A DNA stretch of 64,000 nucleotides from Octopus vulgaris (taxonomy: Eukaryota), in the NCBI GenBank assembly GCA_951406725.2, contig OX597821.1, positions 84,506,001 through 84,570,000 on the forward strand, written 5' to 3'. A program made the translations under genes and the position numbers. Positions within the stretch are counted from its first letter, which is position 1. Each line of letters opens with the position of its first letter. The notes under the pieces are model-generated. The model did not search any database, was not told where the DNA came from, and saw nothing but the letters and a program-made list of their open reading frames with translations. Shown here piece after piece: positions 13,653 to 25,200 of the stretch.

Positions 13653-13990
13653 CAGGGTGTGTAAATCTTTTGAGGACCCCTCTTTCAAGAGTTCTAACTT
13701 TCTTCTAACTTCTGTTCTTTTATTTTCAACTTACTTTTCAGATGAATAATGTCAGATAAATGTTGACTCAGCAAATGAAATGTCATGGTGTAAACATTGC
13801 CTTAAAAGTGCAGCATGGTGATACAGAGATAGCTTACTTCCTGAAAGTTGCCAAATCCTTCAGTGTCAAAGTTCAAATGAAGCTGGAAGCTGCTGATGGG
13901 AATCCAACATCAGCAGCTAAACACATAACACATGCACAGGGTCCTAATACCATCAGAACACATAACTTTGTACAAAAAAATCCAAGAAAT
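13653..13990 (+). mobile_element. Possible Tc1/mariner (maT-like) left end and transposase N-terminus
   Basis: CAGGGTG start; ORF 13760-13999 MKCHGVNIALKVQHGDTEIAYFLKVAKSF resembles an N-terminal helix-turn-helix. Confidence 0.4.
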
Positions 13991-14547
13991 ACTTTATAAA
14001 AACCACAGAATGTCAATCTATTTACTTTCGCTCTCTGAAGTGCCTGAAATATTAAATTCTTTTTCTGTTGGTACCAAATTAACTTATTGTTATTAATGAT
14101 AAACATTTTCACAAACTTGTAAGTAGTTGTAATAGTGTTTTGGAGAGGTTTGACGTTTCCACGTGAAAGTGCTTGTGTCCGCTGGCACATTAAAAGCAGC
14201 CAGCAAACACGGTAAAGGGGTTGGCGTTAGGAAGGGCATCCACCTATAGAAATCATGCCATATCAGACTGGTATCTGGTGCAGCTCCCCATCTTGCCACA
14301 ATTTCACATTGTGAAATTGTAATATCCGTAAGATGATAATCGAAATGAATTTCTTCCTCCATTTTCTTATTTGTATTATGAATTTACGGTAAAATATTTT
14401 TTACCTTCACCCATTCAATACAATAAATGAATTAATTCTATTGCAATTATAAGTATTTATGTAATTAGTATGTGGGTACTTTACCAGCAGTATATTGAAT
14501 AACTGATATCCCATAGTGGGTTACCCTCATAACCCCTATCTTACTTT

Positions 14548-14580
<33 letters not shown>

Positions 14581-14582
<2 letters not shown>

Positions 14583-14860
14583 CACATGGTGGTAAATATG
14601 AAATAAGATTTAAGTGAAAAATCACAGAAACCTTGTTTGTGTAGATAAAGATTATTTAATCCATTACAATATGTACAGAGTTGACCGATTTCGCTTTGCT
14701 AATCATGACTCAGTGTTATGAAATCATAAGTTTTTGATTTGATCTTGTGTAGAAGCAGGTATGAGCCTGTTTTATATCTGCTTCTACACATGATTAAATC
14801 AAAACCTTCTTTTGATTTCGGTTAGTGAAGCAAAACTGGTCAAATCAGTACATATTGTAA
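14581..14860. mobile_element. Imperfect palindromic element (arms 14664-~14762 and ~14772-14860) with a one-sided tail abutting (TA)n
   Basis: TTACAATATGTAC pairs with GTACATATTGTAA, and TGTGTAGAAGCAG with CTGCTTCTACACA. GAAATCGGTC and AAAACTGGTC remnants are present. Confidence 0.7.
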
Positions 14861-15180
14861 CTTTTAGTCAAGCAAATCAACCCCAGGACTTATTCTTTGT
14901 AAGCCTAGTACTTATTCTAAGTTACAGTGACATAAACACACCAGCTTTGGTGGTCAAGCGATGTTGGTGGAGATAAACACACAGACAGACATACATACAC
15001 GCACACACACACATACAATAGGCTTCTTTCAGTTTCTGTCTACCAAATCCACTCACAAGGCTTTGGTCGGCTCGAGGCTATAGTAGAAGACACTTGCCCA
15101 AGGTGCCACGCAGTGGGACTGAATCCGGGACCATGTGGTTAGTGAGCAAGCTACTTACCACACAGCCACTCCTGCACCTG
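14861..15180 (-). mobile_element. Family C SINE
   Basis: Colinear with 44245-44695. Confidence 0.85.
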
Positions 15181-15484
15181 TATCTATAAATACAGAAATA
15201 GGGATGCAGAGAATCAAAGAGTACCCACAGGGAGCTCTCTGCAGGTGTCTTGGCTGTCAGGTAACACAGCAGTTAAGTTTAGGATGTAATCTAACATCAC
15301 TATGCCTCTAAAAACCTAAAATTAACAGTCTTACCTCTCAATTGAAGTGAGAGGTAAGATATATTAATTTCATATGTAAACACATGAAATAAATATCGTT
15401 TACCTTTCACTTCCCTGGAAATTTATCAATTATCAGGAGATACAAAAACGAAGTTTCAGGAGATAATTTTCTTGAAGACATGTA

Positions 15485-16225
15485 ATATAGTGGTTGAGGT
15501 ATTCCACACATGATCGTAAGGTCATGGGTTCAATTCCTGGTGGTGTGTCATGTTCTTGAGCAAAGACACTTTATTTCATGTTGCTCCAGTCCCCTCAGCT
15601 GGAAAAAAAAAATTCAAAGGGCCAGTCTTGTCACATTTGGCTTAATCTCCCTGTGAACTACATTAAGGGGACACTTTGTGGAGTGCTCAGCCAATTGTAC
15701 ATTTATTTTGCAAGCAAGCTGCTTGGTCAATCAAATCAAGTGGAACGCTCATTGTTGTAACCATCAGAGAGCCAGGTATATCAGGAGAGAGAAGGGAAGA
15801 AATGCTCATAGAACTTTCTGGGTTGTTTCAGATTAGTGAAACTGATAATACTAGATGCCCAACCTGGACATATACAAGTGAGGGAACTGGTGGTTTTTAT
15901 CATAAAACATGCAACAGAGTCAACTCCTTAAACATTAATGCTACCCTAGAACTGTGTAGAGGTGAGTGGTTTTGTGGTTAGGGTGTTGGACTCATGATTG
16001 AAAGATTGTGGTTTCAATTCCTGGACCAGGTGGTGCACTGTATTCTTGTACAAAACACTTCATTTCACATTGTTACAGTCCACTCTGATGGAGATGTGTT
16101 GCTTAGTGGTTAGGATATTGGATTCACAACCTTAAGATTGTGGGTTCAATCCCTGGACTGGGTGATCCATTGTGTTCTTGAACAAAACACTTAATTTCGC
16201 ATTGCTCCAGTCTACTCAGCTGCTG
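15485..16225 (+). mobile_element. Cluster of family D tRNA-headed SINE heads (~15485, ~15960, ~16095)
   Basis: Repeated GTGGTTAGG...GGTTCAATTCCTGG...TGTTCTTGAGCAAAACACTT; another copy at 58820-58950. Confidence 0.7.
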
Positions 16226-16339
16226 GAATGAGTTTAGCTCAGAGAGGGATGGGTTCTGCCAGGCTTTCTTGCCCTGGATATGCTGCATGGCTGCAGTGCC
16301 CCAACAAGCCCCAAGGGGTTAAAGGACTTGCCAATGTCA

Positions 16340-16745
16340 GAACTGTGTATCCACCACAAGGTCCAGTCTTTGTTATGGTGTGGTGTTGTGTGCCTCAATG
16401 ACCCTGAGAGCTATGCTAGTGAAACACGAGCTCTTTGTTGGGACCTCCCATGCTGGACAGGCCAAAGGAGAGAAGCCAAATTAATATGGACCACCTCTTT
16501 GCAAAGCTAAAAATGGGTTTGCATAGGGCCAAAACCCCCCATCAAGAAGAAAAAAAAAACAAGAAGCATCAATGATAATTCAAGGCCAACAAGACATAGA
16601 GGTGGAAGGCCTTCTCTCAGGGAAACATATGAAGCAGAGATCCAACTGGAAAGAAGTGGAGAAGACAGCCCCAAGTCAAGAACAGTAGAGAAAAGTTACT
16701 GATAGCCATGCTCCTTAAAGAGTAAAGAACTTTAATAAGTAAGGC
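16340..16745 (+). mobile_element. Possible internally deleted RTE-clade LINE derivative
   Basis: CTCAATGACCCTGAGAGCTATGC resembles RTE 5' UTRs (from memory). A WKEVEKTA...RKV C-terminus-like stretch is followed by a TAAG tail. Confidence 0.45.
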
Positions 16746-17029
16746 CCAGGTGTAAGTGGTGTTAAACTGAGCAATATGTCAGGCCTTCTATAAGTAGGTA
16801 CACTAGTATTCAGGGTTATGTTAACAAGATTTGTCTTAGGCAAAGTAGTTTGGTAAAAACCAGTGCCGCAACTCTATGATCAGCATCACTCACTTCATCA
16901 GTAACAACAATCACCGACACATTCCAGCTGTGATCCCTATTCAATGTCTTAGATGTATGTGGTTGTATGATTTATTTATTTGTCAGATGGAATTGGTGGT
17001 GCTGAGATTCCATCACTATTTCTACTGCA

Positions 17030-17402
17030 GACAGCACATAAAATGCACCATCCGAACGTGGCCGATGCCAGCGCCGCCCCGACTGGCTTCTGTGCCGGTG
17101 GCACATAAAAAGCACCATCCGAACGTGGCCGTTGCCAGCGCCGCCTTGGCTGGCTTCCACATAAAAAGCTCCAACCAATCATGGCCGATGCCGGACCCCC
17201 CTGGCACCTGTGCAGGTGGCACGTAAAAAGCACCCACTACACTCGCAGAGTGGTTGGCATTAGGAAGGGCATCCAGCTGTAGAAACTCTGCCAGATCAGA
17301 CTGGAGCCTGGTGCAGCCCCTGGCTTCCCAGACCCCAGTCGAACCGTCCAACCCATGCTAGCACGGAAAACGGACGTTAAACGATGATGATGATGATGAT
17401 GA
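17030..17402 (+). mobile_element. Family B SINE with tandem internal units
   Basis: Near-identical to 56580-56955; (GAT)n tail. Confidence 0.9.
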
Positions 17403-17995
17403 ATACACTGAAGTATAAAGTATAAAGTATTGACATCAAGTCATAGCATACATAGATTAGCAATGTGCTTCAAGACCTATGGAGCACCCTGTATGTTCAG
17501 CATACATATGCTTTAAAATGGCATTATATATAGTTGCAGGAAACTGTGCTTCATGCTCATCTGATGTTTTCAGTTTCAGGATTGCTTTTTCATTGTTCAG
17601 TGCTGATAAGTTCTTTACAAGCAACTCATTTTCTCTTGCATTTCATTCATATTCGTAATATCATTGCGAAAAATATGAAGATGACAATTTCATATTTTCC
17701 AAAAAAAATAGGAATAATAAATCACCTGCTAATTAGGAGCAGTAATTCCATTTTCTAGGCAGATTGCCAGTTGTAGGTGTGGCTGTGGTAAGAAGTTTGC
17801 ATTCCTGTCACATGTTGCCATGTTTAGCCCACCTTTAGCAGGTGTCTTTTACTATAGTTCTGAGTCAGCCAAAGCCTTGCGAGTAGATTTGGTAAGTGGA
17901 AAAAGAAAAAAGTTCATCATGTATATATAAGTATATGTATATGTGTATATATATATATGTATTTGTATGTATGTATATATATATATATATATATA

Positions 17996-18196
17996 ACGGG
18001 AAGCTTTATGAAAATAAACAAAAGACGAAGGCAGGTGGAATACAAACAAACAATTGTATTAGCATGGCGCTCAGGAATATAAATAAAACAAGTCTTTTAC
18101 GTTTCGAGCCTACGCTCTTCAACAGAAAGATACACAGAAAAGAAACAAGAAGAGAAAAAAAAAATGCGGGCAGAAGCTAGCGAATCAACATGGCGA

Positions 18197-18200
<4 letters not shown>
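17996..18200 (-). mobile_element. Short non-autonomous hammerhead-bearing element embedded in (TA)n
   Basis: Flanked by TA repeats on both sides; homologous to 9273-9436. Confidence 0.75.
18093..18130 (-). ncRNA. Minimal type I hammerhead ribozyme-like motif with variant core CUGUUGA
   Basis: tcttt CTGTTGA A gagc-gtag-gctc GAAA CGTA aaaga: 5-bp stem I, 4-bp stem II, palindromic minimal stem III, GUA cleavage triplet. Confidence 0.65.
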
Positions 18201-18286
<86 letters not shown>

Positions 18287-18717
18287 GTTTGGAGATGATG
18301 TACAGGTATTTTATATAAGAAAAAATGAGGTACTCAGAAATTCAGATGGTTTTATATTTACAGATATTTATTTGTATATTACATGTTTTTATACATCATA
18401 TAACTTATATCATATATCATATATTAGCGCTTGCGTCCATTCTGGTGGAGTTTTGTGTGTGTGTGTGTGTGCTAGTCTCTTTGCCTTAATATCACATGAT
18501 AGTTGATGTGAGCATCAATCATCAGCAAAAACGTCTGGTTATGGAGAAATATTACCTTACTTGAAAACAGGTAACAGTTGGCAACAGGAAGGGCATCTGT
18601 TCATAGAAAACTCTGCCTCAACAAGTTTCATCTGTATGGAAAAGTATGGAAAAGTGGAAGGTAAAATGTTGATGACGATGATCGTTGTAAACCAAAGAAC
18701 TACATCTTTGTATGAAA

Positions 18718-20162
18718 TGATTGATTGATTGATTGATTGATTGATCGATTCTAGTTTCAGCTTATGAGCTGTGGCCATGCTGGGGCACCGCCATTTGGTG
18801 TTGCTACTTGGTTTCACTTCATGGAGGCTTTCTAGCAACTGCTATTTGGTGCATGAGAGAGTTCGATGCAGCTGCCCCTCCTGCCGTGAAGTTGGTTCAT
18901 CTGGGACACCTGACAGGAAGAGATCCAGCTTCATTTTAAAGACATCCTTATCCACCCCATGCAGGTCTCTCAGGTTCTTCGGGAGGATATTGAAGAGCTG
19001 TGGGCCTCGGAAGCCCAGGCTATCACAGAATCTTGTCCTACATCTTGATGGCAGGTTTGGAGTCCTAGGCACCACGCAGTGGCGCCCATTTCTGGCATTT
19101 GCGTAACTCTCGATGCCAAAGTTCAGGACACTTCCCTCCAGGATCTTCCAGATGTATATTATGGCATATCTTTCCCGCCTACGCTCCAGGGAATATAATT
19201 TTAATCTCTTGAGTCTTTCCCAGTAGCTTACATTCTGCATAGAGGCTATCTTCTTTGTGTAGCTTCGTTGGATCGCCTCAAGTTCTGTGATCAACTTGAC
19301 ACTGGATGGTGACCATAGCTGAGAGCAATAGTCAAAGTGGCTTAGGACAAGTGTCTTCCAGAGAACCATCATGGTTTCTTGTTCTCTTGTTCTAAAGGTT
19401 CTAAGAATCCATCCAGCCAGCCGTCTACATTTCATTGTCAGTTTAGCAACATGTACATGAAAGGTCGCGTCATCACTCATGTGAATACCCAGGTCACACA
19501 CTGATTGTGCCTCTGGGATTGCAATCCCTCCGGGTCCAGTGTATTCATTGGGTATTGCATTCAGTTTTGCATGCTGATAGTATAAAGCTTGAAACTTTCC
19601 AGCATTGAACTGCATGCTATTCTTTTCAGCCCACTTGTATATTTCGTCCAGCTCACATTGCAGGTGTTTAGTGTCCTCAGGGTTCTGTATTGCCTGTGAA
19701 ACTTTTGTATCATCTGCATAACTTGTGATCGTGGCTCTCTGCGTGGCTGAGGGCATGTCTGAGAGGGCCATTATGAACAGTAGTGGTCCCAGAACAGTGC
19801 CCTGCGGAACACCGCTCACTATATGTGTGTTAATGGAGGTGGCCCCATTGGCTACTACCACCTGACTTCTATCCTTCAGAAAGTCATGAAGCCATTCTCC
19901 CAGTTTTCCAACTATGTTGAGATCACGCAGTTTGTGACATATCATTCCATGATCGACTTTATCAAAGGCCTTTGCAAAGTCGAGATATATCACTTCCACA
20001 TTTGAGTGGTTGAGCAGCCGTTTCAGCACCCAGTCATAGTGTTGTAGGAGCTGAGTTAAACAGCTTCTCCCTGGTCGGAAACCATGTTGGGTGTTGGGCA
20101 GCAAGTCATTCTCTTCAAGGAAGGTGATCAGCTTCCTTCTGACTATTCGTTCCATGACCTTT
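18718..20162 (-). mobile_element. 5'-truncated CR1-clade LINE with an open RT domain and (TCAA)n tail
   Basis: ORF 18842-20296 contains [45 protein letters not shown] and LYSLERRRER. Homology starts at KVMERIV. Tail repeats at 18718-18745. Confidence 0.92.
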
Positions 20163-21018
20163 TGTTCTACTATGAAGAGATAAGCTCTCAGGAAGTCGAT
20201 TTTGGTATCGTTTCCATTCTCGTTGGGATAAAATTTCACTTCATTTATGTTGCCAATACCGTTGAGAAAGGCATTCATTAAAATATAGAGCCGCATGCTT
20301 TGCTTAGTTAAAATTAATATTTTTAATTTGCTATAAATACTAGTGTCATGTTTTAAGTTGTTCTTGTTTATTTAGTTTTAGTTTACCCCTAATTAGGTAA
20401 AAAAAATTACACCCTGTAATTAAAGATATCTACGCCATAACCTTACTGTTTTTCACAGATAGGATATACCTAGGATTACACTATCAAATATCCCACCATC
20501 ATATTTTTAGCTGGTGAGACAGGTTTGAGAAAAATTTAAACCAATGTTTAAACCAACAAAGGCATTCCAGCTATGACTATCTCATCTGTTTTTTTTTTAG
20601 GCATAGTGAATGTACTCCTTTCTTAAAAATATAGAGTAATTTTGTCAATTTTTTAGCAAGTTGAGCTGCCATGTAGAGGCTCTCTCATTGTTTTATAGTT
20701 GTGTAGCACCAGGCCAGCCCTAATTGGGCTAACCTACAGTTTTCAAGTAGTTGGTCCAGTAGAAAGATGCAACCTGCAGATGCATTTTTTATATGCCAGT
20801 CAAGCTGAGGATTATAGCACACAACCAACAAATGCAGAATAATAGCAGCTGCTGTACTCCGAGTCCAACTTACCCACTCCTGATGTGACCATCCTAACAA
20901 TCTACCAGTGTACAGAAATACAGGTGAGACAAAGCTTTGCCCTTCAAAATTGATAAGTACTAGTAATGAACCGAATCGATTAAATTAAATATACCCTTCC
21001 ACTGTCAAATACCTTTTC

Positions 21019-21100
21019 ACAGATGTTTCCAACCATGAGGCTGCAGATCATTTGGCCTTAGGGTATGGATCATTTGGTAACGGACCGCACAGAAAGAACA
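21019..21100 (+). mobile_element. hAT-like MITE end
   Basis: CAGATGTTTCCAACC...GGACCGCACAGAAAGAA resembles hAT-Charlie MITE termini. Confidence 0.4.
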
Positions 21101-21331
21101 TCCTTCAAAACTTCCATGCTTCCTGAGATTCGCCAACACTACACTTGATACACACACAAGCATGTTCACTTTCCAGACATTTCTACACTACTGCATGTAC
21201 TTTATATGCACTTTCTGACAAGTTGTGGTGCACCTGAGCACTGTATACAATAATTTCATTATTATTATTATTAACAAATTCTAAGGTTTTATTTCTATTT
21301 TATTGACTATCACACTCTGCAGGTGATTTGC

Positions 21332-21384
<53 letters not shown>

Positions 21385-21475
21385 TGTGTACAGTGCTCAG
21401 GTGCACAACTCATCTAAAGTGTATATATAATCAGGTGTAGTTTTGGTGGATTTCGGAAAGCATGAGGGCCTTAAA
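21101..21475. mobile_element. Two related retroposon 3' ends in tail-to-tail orientation with (ATT)n tails
   Basis: GTGCACCTGAGCACTGTATACAA (~21228-21250) is mirrored by TTGTGTACAGTGCTCAGGTGCAC (~21384-21406). Confidence 0.65.
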
Positions 21476-21519
21476 ATATACATAATAATTAAATCATATA
21501 TCTTATGCATTTTACTGTG

Positions 21520-21786
21520 TTTCGTTATGCGCGCGATCACCCAGTCTGTGGGAAAATTGTCTAGCTAATAATCGGTCCGAGATGCAAAGATTGAGAACTG
21601 TTGCCCTATCACTGCCCAAAGTTATCGCGGACAGGAATCGATATAAAAGCTGCGTTGCTACACAAGTGGCAGCTAAGGGTAGATAACTGGTGAGAACTTC
21701 CGGTGAAGAGCTCTTTAATAACAACAATTCCGTTTGAGAGGCGGTGGTCATTTTCTTGGCAAATTTTCGGAATATAAACATAAATC
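21520..21786 (+). promoter_or_regulatory. Candidate TRAPPC6 promoter / 5' UTR
   Basis: Locally CpG-rich unique sequence. DRE-like ATCGATA at 21637-21643 overlaps TATAAAAG at 21642-21649; ETS-type ACTTCCGGT at 21696-21704. Confidence 0.55.
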
Positions 21787-22254
21787 ATGGATGAAGTGAT
21801 GTTTGAATTCCTACACATGGAAATAATTAACTATGTTTACCGAACGGCGACAAAAGACGAGAAAGAAAACTGTATTTCCCACCTGGAATCGTTAGGATTC
21901 CGTGTGGGACAGTCACTGGTGGAGCGCTTTACCCGCGACTGGCCCCGATATAAGGACGAACTGGACACGATGAAATTTATATGTAAAGACTTTTGGATGG
22001 CTGTGTACAAGAAACAAGTGGACAACCTTCGTACCAACCACATGGGAGTGTATGTATTGCTTGATAACCGTTTTCGTTTCCTTGTGCAGTTGTCTTCAGG
22101 AAAGCAGTATCTCGAAAACGCCCCAAAATATTTAGCCATGTCTTGTGGTATCATACGTGGAGCCCTTTCCAATTTGGGAATCAACTGTGTAGTCACGGCT
22201 GAAGTTACAGTTATGCCATCCTGCAAATTCCAGATCCATATTCAAAGACTTTAG
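21787..22254 (+). CDS. TRAPPC6B: Trafficking protein particle complex subunit 6 (Trs33/Bet3 family), single coding exon
   Basis: 155 aa: MDEVMFEFLHMEII...LESLGFRVGQSLVERFTRD...FICKDFW...KQVDNLRTNH.GVYVL.DN...GIIRGALSNLG...CKFQI. Good start context (ATCATGG); AATAAA at ~22508. Confidence 0.95.
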   Translation: MDEVMFEFLHMEIINYVYRTATKDEKENCISHLESLGFRVGQSLVERFTRDWPRYKDELDTMKFICKDFWMAVYKKQVDNLRTNHMGVYVLLDNRFRFLVQLSSGKQYLENAPKYLAMSCGIIRGALSNLGINCVVTAEVTVMPSCKFQIHIQRL

Positions 22255-25200
22255 TGATGTAGTCATGCCTTTAGATAATCACAATCTCTCTCTGTCTTGT
22301 TGATGAGTATGTCGGGGTAATATTTATATTCCGGACATACGGAGTCGATGAACCAAGTCTTCTACTGTGTTACTGTGGAGATAGGATTACCCTTTATACA
22401 TGCATTCTGTTTGGGTGTGTGTGTGTGTGTGTATCTATATATCTATCTATCTTTATATGACACAAAGAGAGTTGTTGCCAGTTTGGAAACTAAAAACATA
22501 TTGTAAAAATAAACTTTCTTTTTAAAAAGATCCATTTATATTTTATGGAAAGCACTTTGGTAAAACCCGGCGCAACCCTGTAACCAGTATCCACTCACCT
22601 CATCAGTAACAACAACAACAACCAGTGACACATTCCAGCTGCGATCTCCGTTCCATGTCTTTATATGTTCTGTGGGTGTATGATTAATTTATTTGTCAGA
22701 TGGAATTGGTGGTGCTGAGATTCCGTCACTATTTTTTCTGAAAACATTTGTTAAAGTCTATTGTTTGATAATTCAATGTAATATTAATTTTATCTCACGA
22801 GAACATCTTTTTATTATTATTATTATGATTTTTTAATTTTTTAGTTAAGGACTTCTGTCCGTATGGTTTTTTTCTCAGAAATATAATCCAGCCAGGAGCA
22901 AGTAACTAGATCCAAAACTAATCCATTTACTAAATGCTGAGACTGATTTACCACCATAAACAGCGTATCGAATCCTTCTGTTTGTATTTAAAGATAAGAT
23001 TTGTTTGTGATTAAGAATTTCTCCCAAACAACAGTGATTGCCATTAAAGTATCGGATGGTCTATTTAGTTTAACTTTGCTCTTAAGTTCGAAGATCTTGC
23101 TATCTTCTGAAAGCTACCAGTTGTATGTTAGTATTGAAATATTAACTTTTCTCAGATGTAATTATTATTACCATTATTTTTCTTTTTGTCCCGAGTTAGT
23201 CTTGGTCAAAAATACCTGTGAACAGAAATGATGTTCCATTATTTTTGGGATACAAAACCTCATTATCTAACATGTTTCCTCCCACTTTTTTTTTAAGCTG
23301 TTAGGGTGTGATTTAAGAAAAGGTTTGGCTGCTATTTCTAGAAGTTGCGTGGCTACACTGAAGCTCCCTCTTAGCAAGGGCAGCTAGCAGATATTTTGTA
23401 ACTGCTTCTTATTGTCACCATAGTTGTACTAATTGACAGTTAAATGAGGATTGAAAGTGTGTTAAAATCATTCCAAAATGCTTACCTTTTGGTAAAAGCT
23501 GCTCACATATTAGTTCAATAGAAATTAATGAGCCGGTGAAAAGCAATTAGGTATCGGTAAAATAATTTTTAGGTTACTAGTAGTAACTTAGCGGTTCGGC
23601 AAAAGAGAACCAATAGAATAAGTACTAGGCTTACAAAGAATAAGTCCTCGGGTTGATTTGCTCAACTAAAGGCGGTGCTCCAGCATGGCCGTAGTCAAAT
23701 GACTGAAACAAGTAAAAGAGTTCTTTAGCAACAGAAATTTCATCAAGGTAGGAAACTTTCAGATTCCTCTCAACCCTAACCTTCATTAATAAGCATAACA
23801 ATGTGGAAGAAACTTCCATCCTTTTTAGTGGAACTTCTTTACTGCAAAACCTTTGTGATAATCCACAGGTAGATTTTGTAATACAGGTGCAATATTGTTT
23901 TTCTGAAACCATTGGTTTCAAAGTCTTTCAGAATTACTGATTTCCCCAAACCAGAGGTGGTCAGCTTGGTTAGCACACTCTAGATTAAACAGATATTAGA
24001 TTTACTTGGCAGTTACTTGTACATTAACGTTAATTAGTATGGATTATAAGTGATCCCAGACCATCACTGTCTGGAGAGTAGGTGTTGTACCTGTATATAT
24101 TTAGGATAATGAGTAGAGATTTAGATGTGGAAAGTTGAAAAAAATGAAGACTCAACAGTTTTCTTAGATTATTTGGGAGTTTCTTAGAATGCCAAACATT
24201 ATAGTGTGATAGCTATAATTTGAAATTAGTACAAATGACAATTATATAATTTTTCTTTTAATTAAAAATGTAATTCCTGTTATAAGGCTTCATGTTTATA
24301 CAACCATTATACATAAAGATGAAATCATTATGTTTAAATGTTTTTGTATTTGAAGAATGCTTCACAAGAACACAATTAAATCCATTTCATATTAACCTCT
24401 AAACCTTTTTTTTTTCTAATGTATTTCTTTCACAATATTGATTTTTATTGGTAGGTACAAAGAACTGTTTTGGTTCAGTCTGTTGACTGTAATTCGGAAA
24501 CCCATCATAACTCCTTTGTCAGCCTATGTGTTGTTCATTTTGACCAAGAGATAGCACTACTGCTTTAGCTTCCCAATCAGAATAATGGGTAAAGATCCAG
24601 ATGGCATATGTTTGGGCTCCCACTCTGGGTACTATTCCTATAAATCTTATGGTTTGGCATTGTGAGAATGCTGTCAATTAAAGATAAACAAGTTACCTTG
24701 ACTTAAACAGTAAAGGGGCAATATCTGATTGACATCAAGCATCCAAGTAGATTTTGCAAAATATTTAACCCATTGGTCTCTTACAGAAACAAGGCCTTAT
24801 CAGTCTCAATGTTCAAAATAAAAATATGACCATAACCTGTGCTGGTGACACATAAAAGGTATCCGGTACACTCTTTGGAGTGGTTGGCAATTGGAAAGGC
24901 ATCCAGCCTAAGAAACCAACCCAAAACAAACTGGAGCCTGGTTACCAGTCTCCAGCTTGCCAGTTAAAGCCAAACCATCCAACCCATGCCATGAACATGG
25001 AAAACAGATGCTAAATGATGATAATGATGATGATAAATGTGCTCCCACCAGTCTCTCATCCTTTAACTCATCTCTTAACATAAACCTGACAGTCCCTCCC
25101 TCTTTCATTGGAGTTCGTTGTCTTGCAAGCTGCATGATGACCTCGTTGGTGCTGATGGTACAAAAAGAGCACCAAGTACTTGTTGTAAAGTGGCAGGTTT

